Below are positions 39,326 through 52,334 of a stretch of 64,000 bases of DNA, one piece after another; position 1 is the stretch's first letter; each line of letters opens with the position of its first letter. A program made the position numbers and the translations under genes. The stretch spans positions 2,790,001 to 2,854,000 of the forward strand of contig NC_073399.1 of assembly GCF_028641065.1 (NCBI RefSeq), in the 5' to 3' direction. Below the pieces are notes generated by a model. That model was not told where the DNA came from. It saw only the letters and a list, made by a program, of their open reading frames with translations, and did not search any database. This DNA comes from Leucoraja erinacea. Taxonomy: Eukaryota.

Positions 39326-39622
39326 TGTTTAGTTTAGTTTAGAGAAACACTGCAAAAACCAGCCCTTCAGCCCACTGAGACCATGCCAGCCCCGTACGCT
39401 AGCACTATCCTACACATTTGGGACAATTTACAATTGTTTTCCCAAAGCCTACAAACCTGTGCATCATTGTAGTGTGGGAGGAGACCAGGACACCCAGAGA
39501 AACCCACGCAGTCACGGGAAGAACGTACAAATTCCGTACAGTCAGCACCCTTACGCAGGATTGAACCCGGGTCTCTGGCGCTGTGAGGCAGCGCCTCTAC
39601 CGCAGCGCCACCGTGCCACCCT
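39326..39622 (-). mobile_element. HE1-type SINE just upstream of the TRIM acceptor
   Basis: GGCACGGTGGCGCTGCGGTAGAG head, GGTTCAATCC B-box, CTAAA tail. Confidence 0.88.
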
Positions 39623-40309
39623 ATGTTAAGGTGGTGGAATATGTCTTTATAAAGGAACAAATTTAGATCTGATCATCTGTTAACTCAGCAGTTCAGGAAG
39701 CACCCATTAGATGGATTGGATAGGTGGCGTGTGGGATCAGGACCCATCAGACTGATTGCACTAAAGGGGAGAAAGTTGGAAAAGAGAGATGGGGGTGGGA
39801 CAAAGACTGGCAAGTGATAGGGGGCCAGTGTGGCTCTTGCACCATGAAGTCAAATGAGAAGAGGATGAGAAGCCAAAGAGGCCATTCAGGCTAAGCATCT
39901 TTCATGATGGCCAGAAGATTTCTCCAGGCTGCACGAGAGTGGTTTGGGACTCCCCTGTACCTGGGTACATTCCCCCCCACCAAATGCGCTGGCATAAGAT
40001 ATCTTCTATCAGCAGAATGCCTCACTCTTCACATAGCTAAGTGCCACTGACTTTCACACTGGATGTTAGACATGTTAGATGTTAAAGAAGTCTGTCATTT
40101 GACATCATTAAGCCTTATTTACTGTACAAAGCCAATGGTTTCCTTTTGCCATTCACACCTTTAGTTCCATGTAATTTAGAGATACAGCGCGGAAACAGAC
40201 CCTTCAGCCCACCGAGTTCGCACCGACCCGCAATACACATACACTAGCCTTATGCGATACACTAGGAACAATTCACATTTATACCAAGCCCATTAGCCTA
40301 CAAACCTGT

Positions 40310-40441
40310 TCAAGAAGGAACTGCAGATGCTGGAAGATCGAAGGTACACAAAATTGCTGGAGAAACTCAGCGGGTGCAGCAGCATCTATGGAGCGAAGGA
40401 AATAGGCGACGTTTCGGGCCGAAACCCTTCTTCAGACTGAT
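40310..40441 (-). mobile_element. Short Penelope-derived element inserted in an HE1 SINE (40175-40605)
   Basis: 13-bp TSD CCTACAAACCTGT (40297-40309, 40442-40454). Confidence 0.85.
40408..40435 (-). ncRNA. Minimal hammerhead ribozyme-like core (best-preserved copy)
   Basis: CUGAAGA-A-GGGUU(UC)GGCCC-GAAAC-GUC: CUGANGA and GAAA boxes, stem II, palindromic ACGU stem III, GUC site. Stem I is very short. Confidence 0.55.
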
Positions 40442-41419
40442 CCTACAAACCTGTACGTCTTTGGAGTGTGGGAGGAAACCAGAGCACCCGGAGAAAACCC
40501 ACGCCGGTCAAGGGGAGAATGTACAAACTCACCACACCCATAGTCAGGAACAAACCCGGATCGCTGACGCTGTAAGGCAGCAATTCTACTCCTGTGCTAC
40601 TATGCCATCTAAATTTAGAGCTACATTTCAATGCATTTCCAATTCCTAGTTTCTGCCAAGAGAACCAAAGAGGGGGAACTAAATATCAAAACCAGGTGAC
40701 GTTAAGAGTTTAATTTCTATTAGGCTACAAGCTCCAGAGATTTCAAGGGCATTTCACATCTGCTGATTTAGCTAAAGATATCTTCTGCTGTGGAGCCATG
40801 AACTGCATGCTTAATGCAAGTTAATGATTACACATGAACACAAAGCCAAACCTCAGCCTTAACTGATGGACCGGCTGCCAGGAAAAGGGGTCAAAGCCAA
40901 GACCAACCCTGCCCACTACAAAACATAGTGCTGATAAAACTCTGTGGCACTTTGCTATCCATGGCTAACTTCAGGGATGAGAACCATGGAATTAAACCTG
41001 TTCGAACTCCCTGCAGATTTAATGTAAATCCACAAATGTTCTTCAAAGTAAGAAATGCTCCTTTCTTCCTGATACACATTGACAAATCATTTATTGAGGC
41101 CCAAATCTGACCTCTGGAAGTCATTTAAAGACAACTTTGGCATGGCTTGAGGCATTGATTTGATAGGTTATGACATTTATGACAAGCAGCACTTCCTCGC
41201 CAGTTTGGAGAAAAACAGGTTTTAAGCAATAACAACATACTTGATGTATTATGTGCAGGGGCGTTCACACGGGGAAGGGAGGGGTTCCTATGAGGAGTGA
41301 CAATGCACTTTTCCCTACTTCCCCCCAATTCAATCCGATGAGGTGATGCGTATGTAGAGGGTTCTTTCCAGCACAGAGAAGGGCGAGTTCCTGGAATGCA
41401 CTGGCAGAGAGACTGGCTT

Positions 41420-41690
41420 CAATGTCCTCCTGATTTATTTTACTGTCCGCAAGCCTCATTCCCACCTTCCCCTCAGCTAACAATGAACCATTCTACATTT
41501 CCTTGAGCATCGTCTGCTTTGATCTGTCATTTTCACACCTTGCATTCTCATTGTACCCTTCCATATCTCCAGTTTCCCTCTCCCCTAACTCTCAATCCGA
41601 AGAAGGGTCTCAACCCAAAATGTCACCCATTCCTTCTCTCCAGAGATGCCGCCTGTCCCGCTGAGTTACTCCAGCATTTTGTGTCTATTT
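41420..41690 (+). mobile_element. Penelope-like pseudo-LTR
   Basis: Colinear with 1840-2090; degenerate hammerhead core near 41597. Confidence 0.75.
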
Positions 41691-42421
41691 AACGGCACTT
41701 ATGGAGTTGCACCATTGGAAATGATCGGATATGAATTTGGAAATTAACCCATACAGTATCATATAAATGCTATGTGGATAAACATGTACTCAAATGTGTT
41801 GAAAATGACTTAGTACTTCCTCAAAAATAACAATGGGTCTGCTTTGATATAACCACGTAAAGTATATCCCAGACCATCCTTATATTTAAATAAAATTAAT
41901 TTGCCCAGCAATCTTTAATAGGTAAGAGTTTTGCATAGGAAGCTGGAGAATTTTGATCAACATCATTCACCACTTAGAATTTCCTTGAAACTGAGAAACA
42001 TATTGGGAATATAAATGCAACTTCTCTCTATTTTTGTTGAAAACCGAACAGCAGGAAAAATTTGATTGATTGGATGAACTCCAGAATTTATTTTAATGTT
42101 TGAACTAAATGATTACTTAACAAGCAGAGTGACTGACAAATGCCCTTCATCTTAGTCATTGCAGTTTGTTGGCACAGTGGTAGAATTACTGCCCTATAGC
42201 CCCAGAGACACCACTCAACAAGCTTGGCTTACAAATCTGGGACCTTGACCACCTAGGAAAAAACTCATCAACTCCTCTACTTCCCATAAAGATTTAGGAG
42301 ATTTGGTATGTCTTTCTATCGAATATCTACAGATTGGTGCATCTGAAAGAGCACACTGAATGATGCTTCCAAGATGGGGCCCAACACAATCTGTATTCCT
42401 GCAGCAACATTTCCTACTTTA

Positions 42422-43120
42422 AAAGTAGGCATGCAGGTGCAGCAGGCAGTGAAGAAGGCGAATGGTATGTTAGCATTCATAGCAAAAGGATTTGAGTATA
42501 GGAGCAGGGAGGTTCTACTGCAGTTGTACAAGGTCTTGGTGAGACCACACCTGGAGCATTGCATACAGTTTTGGTCTCCTAATCTGAGGAAAGACATTCT
42601 TGCCATAGAGGGAGTACAGAGAAGGTTCACCAGACTGATTCCTGGGATGTCAGGACTTTCATATGAAGAAAGACTGGATGGACTCGGTTTGTCCTCGCTA
42701 GAATTTAGAAGATTGAGGGGGAGATCTTATAGAAACTTACAAAATTCTTAAGCGGCTGGACAGGCTAGATGCAGGAAGATTGTTCCCGATGTTGGGGAAG
42801 TCCAGAACAAGGGGTCACAGTTTAAGGATAAGGGGGAAATATTTTAGGAACTAGATGAGGAAAACATTTTTCACACAGAGAGTGGTGAATCTCTGGAATT
42901 CTCTGCCATAGAAAGTAGTTGAGGCCACAGTTCATTGGCTGTATTTAAGAGGGAGTTAGATGTGGCCCTTGTGGCTAAAGGGATCAGGGGGTATGGAGAG
43001 AAGGCAGGTACAGGATACTGAGTTGGATGATCAGCCATGATCATATTGAATGGCGGTGCAGGCTCGAAGGGCCGAATGGCCTACTCCTGCACCTATTTTC
43101 TATGTTTATATGTTTCTATG
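42422..43120 (+). mobile_element. Young CR1 3' fragment (GAGGCCACAG variant)
   Basis: KVGMQVQQAVKKANGMLAFIAKGFEYRSREVLL..; highly similar to 14060-14846. Confidence 0.94.
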
Positions 43121-43265
43121 TTAACTACGGCCTTCTTAAACTCCCTTATTATGTATCTATCGATGTATCGATCGATTGTAATCACGCATTATCTTTCCGC
43201 TGACTGGTTAACACGCAACAAAAGGCTTTTCACTGTCTCTCGGTACACGTGACAATAAACTAAAC

Positions 43266-43525
43266 TGAATGGTTACATCACAGCCTGGTTCGGCATTCTC
43301 GAACCACCAGGAACAACGAAGGCTGCAGAAAGTGGAAAAAACATGGCACAGTCCATCATGGGTACGGACTTCCCTACCATCGAAGGAATCTAAAGGAGGT
43401 ACTGCCTTTAAAAGGCAGCTAATCTCAAAGACCTACACCATGCCTTCATCCCGCTACCATCAGGAAAAAGCTATGGGTGTCTGAGAACTGTGAGCTCCAG
43501 ATTCCAGAACAGCTTCTTCCCAGCA
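43266..43525 (+). mobile_element. Rex1/Babar-type LINE 3' fragment
   Basis: GYITAWFG..QEQRRLQKV..AQSIMGTDFPTIEGI..LPSGKSY..RFQNSFFP. Confidence 0.8.
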
Positions 43526-43559
43526 TTTAAAAACAACTCAAAATAAAAAATAAGTAGAA

Positions 43560-43925
43560 GGTACACAAAAATGCTGGAGAAACTCAGCAGGTGCAGCAGC
43601 ATCTCTGGAGAGAAGGAATGGGTGACGTTTCAGGTTGAGACCCTTCTTCAGACTAGAGTCTGGGGAAAGGGAAGTGAGGGATATAGACGGCATCTATGGA
43701 GCAAAGGAAATAGGCAACGTTTTGGGACGAAACCCAAAGGAAATAGGCAACGTTTCGGGACAAAACCCAAAGGAAATAGGCAACGTTTCGGGTCGAAACC
43801 CAAAGGGTTTCGGCCCGAAACGTTGCCTATTTCCTTCACTCCACAGATGCTGCTGCACCCGCTGAGTTTCTCCAGCATTTTTTGTGTACCTTCGATTTTC
43901 CAGCATCTGCAGTTCCTTCTTAAAC
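43560..43925. repeat. Fold-back Penelope-derived composite with a 33-bp tandem array
   Basis: Outer inverted arms GTACACAAAAATGCTGGAGAAACTCAGC / GCTGAGTTTCTCCAGCATTTTTTGTGTAC; three 33-bp units at 43703-43801. Confidence 0.85.
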
Positions 43926-44319
43926 AAAAAGTAGATATTGGGCATAGGTATAAATATGCCTAATATCTTTATATTGGGTTTTTTTCTGTATAAACTGAAC
44001 CCTTACAATATTCAACAGTGGAAGCAATATATTTTTTAATGAAAACACATTTGAATCACCCATTCGTGACATTGAATGAATATGCATATCTTTGAGATTT
44101 TAAACAGGTTTTAAAAATAAATTACATTTGTAAAGGTCTGTCAGTTGTGGAACTCTCTCTCTGAAATTCCGCACTTTCAAAATGATGGCCAGTATATTCC
44201 TAGTATTGTAATTCCGCTTGCAAAACTCTGCTCCGGAAATGTCAACATTACCAAATGTTATTTATAGGACTCACTGTCAGGCTCATTTGACTGGAATAGT
44301 TCACAAAAAGCCTTTAAGC

Positions 44320-44580
44320 ACATAGAGAAACATAGAAACATAGAAAATAGGTGCAGGAGTAGGCCATTCGGCCTTTCGAGCCTGCACCGGCATTCAATAT
44401 GATCGTGGCTGATCATCCAACTTAGTATCCTGTACCTGCCTTCTCTCAATAACCCCTGATCCCTTTAGCCACAAGGGCCACATCAAATTACCTCTTAAAT
44501 ATAGCCAATGAACTGTGGCCTCAACTACCTTCTGTGGCGGAGAATTCCACAGATTCTCCACTCTCTGTGTGAAAAATGTT
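44320..44580 (-). mobile_element. CR1 3' tail
   Basis: Reverse complement of 42870-43120. Confidence 0.9.
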
Positions 44581-45408
44581 CACACGATTAATGAAACTGT
44601 TCTGTGTACATCTTATTGTTTAAAACTTTGCACTTCAGCCTGCGTAGATCAGCAAAGCAACTTTGTTTCTTTGATGCAAGGACGTATAAAAGAGGTGGAA
44701 TTTGACAGCACCTGTGTTCGGGCACACATGCGAATAATTCCTTGTAGTACAGTAGTGCAAGCTATTCTAAGGGAGCCAGGGCCAGATGGTAGGAAATAGT
44801 TCAAAGCCAAAGGAACAAAAAGGTTACCAGTCATAAAGTCATGGCTTTTGCCAATCTTGAACTTTTTTCCTTAACCCATAAATTTATTCTCTAAAATGAA
44901 CATGGGTGGCATTTCAAAAAATCCTTCAAAGAGATTCTGCAGCCACTTTACATCTTGCCTCGTTTCGCAGTGAATAATACATTTAATAATAATAATAATA
45001 ATAATTTTATTTATAGAGCACTTTAAAAACAATCATAGCTGCAACAAAGTGCTGTACATCACTAATCATTGACAAAAAAGTGAATACACACCAATAATAA
45101 CAATCACAAGAAATAGTAGGAAAAGACATGTAAAAATAAAGAAACATTAAAAACAATAAAAACAGAAGCATTTGGCATTGTACAGGCTGCAACCAATGTT
45201 CAGACAGCAAGGAATCTGCAAGGCAGACATAACATCAAATGACCACCTCCAAATCTTCATTTTGATGAATGGGTGTTTCCCCTCAATGACCTACGAGGCA
45301 GAGCGAGCGTTATGCCTGGGCTAAAGAATTTGGCATTTGGGGCTCTCTTCACGAAACACAAAAGCCTACGTACGATACCTGCACAAAATTGTGAAGCAAA
45401 GATCAAAG

Positions 45409-45490
45409 ACTTACTTCAGGCTTCATCTTGACTGATTGACAGCCCCGGCTTTTAAATTCTCCTCGTTTACTATTGATTAGTTGGACAGCA
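45409..45490 (-). promoter_or_regulatory. Candidate core promoter and short first exon of the TRIM gene
   Basis: Minus strand: ATTTAAAAG (TATA-like), TCAGTC (Inr-like), ATGAAGCCTGAA|GTAAGT (consensus donor), in unique sequence about 6 kb upstream of the acceptor at 39272. Confidence 0.3.
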
Positions 45491-46175
45491 TGTCATTGAA
45501 CCAGACAGAACAACAACCAGCAAATCTGCTCTGGGCATTAGAGCCAAGTTTGTGAATTCGCGCTGATTTACCAGCCAACACGTACTAATACTGCGATGAA
45601 TTCTCTTGAGAGTAGGGCTATATTGGCCCACATGGGCTGGGATTATTTGGATTACGTCTGATCAAAGGCTTTTGGAGACATTAGAGGCTTAACCTGGATT
45701 AGTGCAGATGTATGGTAGGGTTGGTTGAAAGGCATGCGATCAATAATTTCACTAAATCCTTTCATCAGAATTAACGATTTATAATGGTGGCCTCTTCAAC
45801 ACAGTGGTCCTTCCAAAATAACAAAGAGATAGTTGACTCAGTCATCTTATAGCATTAATGGTTGCTAACCAACAGGCCGTTGCCCTCTCTTCTTCCTATT
45901 TTGGGAGAACTCTGGTCAATCGAACATCCCCCGCAGCCTTTTATCCCCCCAACCCCGTCACCTGCAACAACTTATCAAAACATTGGAAACTATTTGCAAT
46001 TTCCCCACCATTATATGGTTTACAGGCAGGAGTTAACACCACACTGCAGCTAATTTCATAAATCTCTTTTCTTTATTAAATCTTCATTCACTTGCTTAGA
46101 CTTTCTAAATCGATGTCATGTCATCCAACTTAAAACTTTGTTCAACATTTATTTCACAAAGTCCTTGCCACATAG

Positions 46176-46452
46176 ACTTTAGAGATACAGCACAGAAACA
46201 AGCCCTTTGGCCCACAGAGTCCACACCGGCCAACAATTACTCCCACACACACACTGGAGATAATTTACAAATTTACTGAAGCCAATTATCCTACGATCCT
46301 GTACATCTTTGAAATATGGGGGAAACTAGAGCACCTGGTGAAAACACACACATTCACAGGGAGAACGTACAAACTCTGTACAGACAGCTCCTGTGGTCAG
46401 GATCGAACTCGGGTCCCTGGTGCTGCAAGGCAGCAACTCTACCACTGCCACC
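46176..46452 (-). mobile_element. HE1-type SINE
   Basis: Head/core/tail as in other copies. Confidence 0.8.
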
Positions 46453-48467
46453 CCTCCATTCTCCTGCCTTCTCCACGTAACCCCTAACACACATACTAAT
46501 GAAATCGTCATCTTGTAGTATCTTTGAGTTTGATTATATTGTAGACAGTGCATTTACATCTTTTATTGAGGGGCACCAATCTTAAAACAAAACAGCACAA
46601 TCTGGTACAGCAATGAATCAAGTCATACCATCATAACCAATGTTCTTAAAGCCACACTCACAGTCATTTACACTGCAATTAGTAAACAGTAATGTGCCTC
46701 TGCAAGCCATACATTACAAACATACATTGTATAACAGTGGTGAATATGAAATTGGGCAAATGATTATTTATATCCATACACAGTTATAAATTTAGGCAAA
46801 GGCGACAACCTTCTAGAGTACAAAGCTGCAAACTGTTCCTGACATGTCTGGGATAGGTAGTTCAGGCACCAATGATTTTAGTAAACGTTATGTGGCTTTC
46901 AATTATTTGGTCTGGCATCCGTCTTGGTAATTGTTCAATTAACATAATTATCTTCATTACGCTGAACCTCCCGCTTGTAAATACAGTTCCCACAAACGTC
47001 ACCATCATTATCTAATCATTTTAATGAGTAACTCCCGCCAGCACAAGTATACAATGTACTTGGCACCATTACTACAGACAATTCCTGGAATCCATTTTGG
47101 TTTTTGATCAGAGTCACCCATTGCCTGCGGTTTCCAATGACTGTTTTGTTTCCCTACCTGATATGGTTGACTTTCTCCTCTGAGCTTTCTTTCAATCTGC
47201 CTTCATCATCATCTCAAGGTTTGTAAACCATGGGAATCGGAACCTGCTGCCCCTCAGGACTAATGACAATATCTTGTTGAAGCTTGTCGCTGCTCAAGTT
47301 TCCATTCGGGCCTCTGTGAATCAGCACGCTTGTCTCACCTTGGCCAGTGACAAGCCTAATCAGTTACACTCCATCATAGCCACTTTGCTCTAGTTCAAGT
47401 CCTATGAGCAGAATTAGGCCATTCAGCCCATTGAATCATGACTGATCTTTCTTTCCCTCTCAACCACATTCTCCTGCCTTCACCCCATAACCTTTGACAC
47501 CCTTAATAATCAGAGATCCGTCAATCTCCACTTTAAAAAAGACCCAATAATTAGGCCTTCACATTCCCATTGGTGGCAATGAATCACACAAATTCACCAC
47601 CCTCTAACTAAAGAAATTCCTCCTCATCTTCTTTCTAAACGTACATCTTTTCATTCTGTGCTCTATGATGTTAGAATCTCCCACTAGTGGAAACATCCTC
47701 TCCACATCCACTCTTTCCAGGCCTTTCACTATTTGATAAGCTTCAATGGGGTCCCGCCCCTCATTACTCCAGAGTCAGGACATTTCATCTCATTTGTAAT
47801 TTATATAAAGAATTGGGATGAAAGTGTGTTTCTGCGGTTGCTAATTCACTGATGACACAGAGGTAGGTAGAGGAGTAGACGGCAGAGAGGACACTGGAAC
47901 ATGGATCATTTAAGTGGATGAATAATAAACTGAGTATCACATGAAAACCATGAAATATAAATAAGAAACATTTTATATAAACGTTGAGAGATTGTTGAAC
48001 CGTGAGATGCAGATAACAAATTGCTAGTTTGGCAGATACAAGAAGTAATTAGGAAAACTAACAGTCCATTATCATTTTGTCCCGCTAACAACGCCTGCAT
48101 TCTGAAAAAAAGAAGAAGAATTAGAAAGAAGTTCATGGAGAATGTGTTAACATGTCATTTTAAAGAGACAGAGAGATTTAGTGAGGAATCTCCAGAGCCT
48201 GGGGCCTAAAGGATTGCAGGCAGTCCTGGAGCAATTAAACTTGTGTTGCCCACAGTTGATGGAGCACAGATGCCAGACTTGGGAAGCTGAGAGTTGATTT
48301 GATGAAACCAAAACCTCAACTGAACAATTAGCCTCTGCAATAGATTTAACGTCTTACAAGTTTAGTTGGTGTTTGTAGTGTCCGATGGTTGTTGGGAGGA
48401 AGCTGTTCCTGATCCTGGAAGTCAGTTTTAGAAAGGTGCGGCACAGTGGCGCAGCGGTAGAGTTACT

Positions 48468-48565
48468 GCCAACCGTCCCGTATTATCCAGGACATCCCGT
48501 ATATTGGGTTGAGTTGGTTTGTCCCGTACGGGGCAGCGCTTGTCCCGTATTTGATTGCTCCTACT
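48468..48565 (+). mobile_element. hAT (Blackjack-like) terminal fragment within HE1 SINE pieces
   Basis: TGCCAACCGTCCCGTATT with repeated TCCCGTA subterminal motifs. Confidence 0.45.
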
Positions 48566-49711
48566 CACGCGGTCACAGGGAGAACGCACAAACTCCATAC
48601 AGACAGCACCTGTAGTCAGGATCGAACCAGGGTTTCTGGCGCTGTATAGCAGCAACTCTACCGCTGCACCATTGTGGCGCCCAATGTTCAAGACTTGTAG
48701 CTGGTGATTTACTGAGAAGACCAGGTTATCCCCAAGAATACTCAACAATTGTCAGGCTAGGACAAGATGGCACAATTTCCCTTGCAATATTTCTAAACAA
48801 CGAATGCCCCGGGAATGCCAGTGCCTGGTGAACCCCGACACATAGATCAAATGAGACCTTTGGGGGTGACTTCAAGGACGAGCTTCAGCGTCAGGTCACA
48901 TTTCCACAGTGGCAGGAAACAAACCTCAAGCACTTTACAGCATGAGGTCAAAGGTGACTTTCTGTTGCATAACATTGAAATAAAACAAGAGTTACAGTAT
49001 GTCATTGAATTTTTAGCGATTGTGTTGGGAACTCGTTAAGCATTCAGATAAGAATTCCTTTAATTCCTTTGTTGAAAGAAGTTTCAAGAGAGCTGCACTG
49101 ATCCATGGAGCACTTGTAACCAAAGCACTACTGACACTAAAGAAAAGTTTTGAAAGCAGAATCAGCATAATGAGATACTTTGCTGAATCAATATACTGTA
49201 CATTGTTGAGGCATAATTTAAATGGCAACCTCAAGCATTATTAAGATTGTTGATAATATAATTAACATTAGCGTGGGACAGTGTGTCGGAACTATGCTGC
49301 CAATTCATCTTATTTGATAACTGCTAACACATACAAAAGACCATGCTCACATGGGAGTTGACACACACCACTCAATTACTCAGTAATCATCAGGTTAACA
49401 TCGTGTCCTTCTCTCTATTTATTAGTACAAGCTTGTCTTACAAAAATGGACCTAAAAGGAGTTCATTGTTCAATTCTAAATACGATCTTAACTCCGAGTA
49501 CAAGCTTTATTGCAACAAAGACTTGTTTAATACTAACTCTTCCAAACATCCCAGGAAACCAATAATCATAGATGTGTTTCACTTTATTTCACTCGTGTGA
49601 AGCAAAAATCTCTGTAAAACTAACACAATCGTCGCCATGGCAAGGAAAAGACCACTTCCCCAGAAACTCGAGTCGATTAAATTTGTGCTGGATAAAAATA
49701 AAATAAGTTAT

Positions 49712-50145
49712 CATAGAAACATAGAAATTAGGTGCAGGAGTAGGCCATTCGGCCCTTCGAGCCTGCACCGCCATTCAATATGATCATGGCTGATCAACCA
49801 ACTCAATATCCCGTACCTGCCTTCTCTCCATACCCTCTGATCCCCTTAGTCACAAGGGCCACATCTAACTCCCTCTTAAATATAGCCAATGAACTGGCCT
49901 CGACTACCCTCAGTGGCAGAGAGTTACAGAGATTCACCACTCTCTGTGTGAAAAAAGTTCTTCTCATCTCGGTTTTAAAGGATTTCCGACTTATCCTTAA
50001 GCTGTGACCCCTTGGCCTGGACTTCCTCAACATCGGGAGCAATCTTCCTGCATCTAGCCTGTCCAACCCCTTAAGAATTTTGTAAGTTTCTATAAGATCC
50101 CCTCTCAATCTCCTAAATTCTAGAGAGTATAAACCAAGTCTATCA
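49712..50145 (-). mobile_element. CR1 3' fragment
   Basis: RGDLIETYKILKGLDRLDAGR..GYGEKAGTGY*. Confidence 0.93.
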
Positions 50146-50418
50146 ATGACACTGGAGAATTCCTGGTTGGTTTACAGATAAACCTTGGGTCATTGCATTG
50201 CTGCCTAGAATGCTCAGGGAGCCCTGAAAAAGAGGAGACGGCATCAAGATGGTGTAAACAGGAGGTCAATAGTATTTTATTTGTAACACATGCAACTGCA
50301 CAATTAAATTATTTTTGCATATATTACACATGCGGGCGCCACCATTTTTGGTGCCATCGTTCAAAGTCCAAAGTCTGGCCATCGTTGTGTCCCAGGGGAC
50401 ACCTCCTGCAGCCGACCG

Positions 50419-50818
50419 CAGATTGAGGGGGGATCTTATAGAAACGTACAAAATTCTCAAGGGGTTGGACAGGTTAGATGCAGGAAGATTGTTCCCGATG
50501 TTGGGGAAGTCCAGAACAAGGGGTCACAGTTTAAGGATAAGGGGGAAATGTTTTAGGATCGAGATGAGAAAAATATTTTTCACAAAGAGAGCGGTGAATC
50601 TCTGGAATTCTCTGCCACAGAAGGTAGTTGAGGCCACAGTCCATTGGCTATATTTAAGAGGGAGTTAGATGTGGCCCTTGTGGCTAAAGGGATCAGGGGG
50701 CATGGAGAGAAGGCAGGTACAGGATACTGAGTTGGATGATGAGCCATGATCATATTGAATGGCGGTGCAGGCTTGAAGGGCCGAATGGCCCACTTCTGCC
50801 CCTATTTTCTATGTTTCT
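50419..50818 (+). mobile_element. CR1 3' fragment (GAGGCCACAG variant), followed by a Penelope-derived element at 50828-50960
   Basis: RLRGDLIETYKILKGLDR..VVEATVHWLYLRGS*. Confidence 0.93.
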
Positions 50819-52334
50819 AACAATGTAAGTCTGAAGAAGGGTCTCGATCCGAAATGTCACCCATTTCTTCTCTCCAGAGGTGCTGCCTGTCCCGCTGAGT
50901 TACTCCAGCATTTTTTGTCTACCTTCGATTTAAACCAGCATCTGCAGTTCTTTCCTATACACAATGCTAGTACTGCCCTTCAATTTCCATTTGGGAGGAA
51001 TGGGGATTACTCTGAACATGACTCTTCCAGCCATCCCACACACTACCCCAGCTTTTCCTCCCTCAGTGGGTTCCTGAATCACCTCTCACACAGGAACAGA
51101 ATTCCCCAACAGATCTGAATTATTCAGCAGCAACCTGGCGCTGAAACATTCAAGCAGCAAAAACCTCACAAGCTACTGCAAGAAATTATCTCCAAAATCT
51201 CTCTTCATTGGCTTCATTGTTAAGGGTCTCTTTAAATAGGATTGGAAGTGACTGCCTTAGGCAGGCGGGAGGAGGAAATGACATTGGTAAGAGTTGAGAA
51301 ATCGGAAAATGGCATCTGCATCATGATTGACCCTAATTTGGGTTTATTCATGCTTCAGTTTGTTTCAGATAGAATCTCTGGTCATTGACATTAATGGCCC
51401 CTCGTTAAATCCAACTGGATGTTTAACAGCCATTTTGTGTAGGAGATCTCCATTCTAACCAAAACAAACAATGCCTTTATTTAGCAATTTTCACATGGCT
51501 CAAAGAGCTTAACAGGTCAATGAAGGGACTTGTGAAGGGTAATCTCTGTGATATTGTAACAGCTCATTTACAGTTTAGCAAACTCTTACACACCAATGTG
51601 ATATTGAGGAATTAATGTGTAGGACGGAACTGCAGATGCTGGTTTACACCAAAGAGAGTCACAAAATGCTGGAGTAACTCAGTGAGACAGGCAGCATCTC
51701 TGGAGAGAAGAAATAGGTGACGTTTCGGGTCAAGAAATTAATCTATTGGGGCAATGTTGACTGAGAGACATCCATTATCTGGGACATTAGGGATAATTCT
51801 CCTGCTTACGGTTGCAAACTGTATCACAGAATCTTTCATTGGTGCTTTAGTTCATCATCTTGGCTGAATGATACTCTTTCCATCCTCAATGCAAATGGAG
51901 ATGAAAGAAATGAGTATCACACCTCTTAGCAAAACAAAACATGCTGGTGGAAGTCAGGGGGCCAGGCAGTATCAGTGGAGGGAATGGACAGGCTACATTT
52001 AGTTTAGTTTAGGTAAGTTTAGTTTAGTTTATTATCATGTGTACCAAGGTACAGTGAAAAGCTTTTGTTGCGTGCTACCAGCAAGGGAATAATGTGTAGT
52101 GCAAGGTAAAGCCAGCAAAGTCTGATCAAGGGTAGCCTATTAGACTATTTGTTGACTGGCACCGCACATTTTTTCCCATTTAGTGCCAAAGGGACCACAG
52201 TCAGATTCTAACCTTCAATCTAGAGAAGATAGCAAGAATCACAAGTGCTTCCAGCATGGAGAGAGAAGATATGTCTCTGAGTAGGAACTCACATACTGAG
52301 AAGCATGTTGTGGACAATGGCCAAGAATGTAGTC

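Noticed and set aside
43703-43801. CRISPR-like 33-bp repeats
   Set aside because: No spacers, no cas genes, eukaryotic context; units derive from the Penelope repeat.
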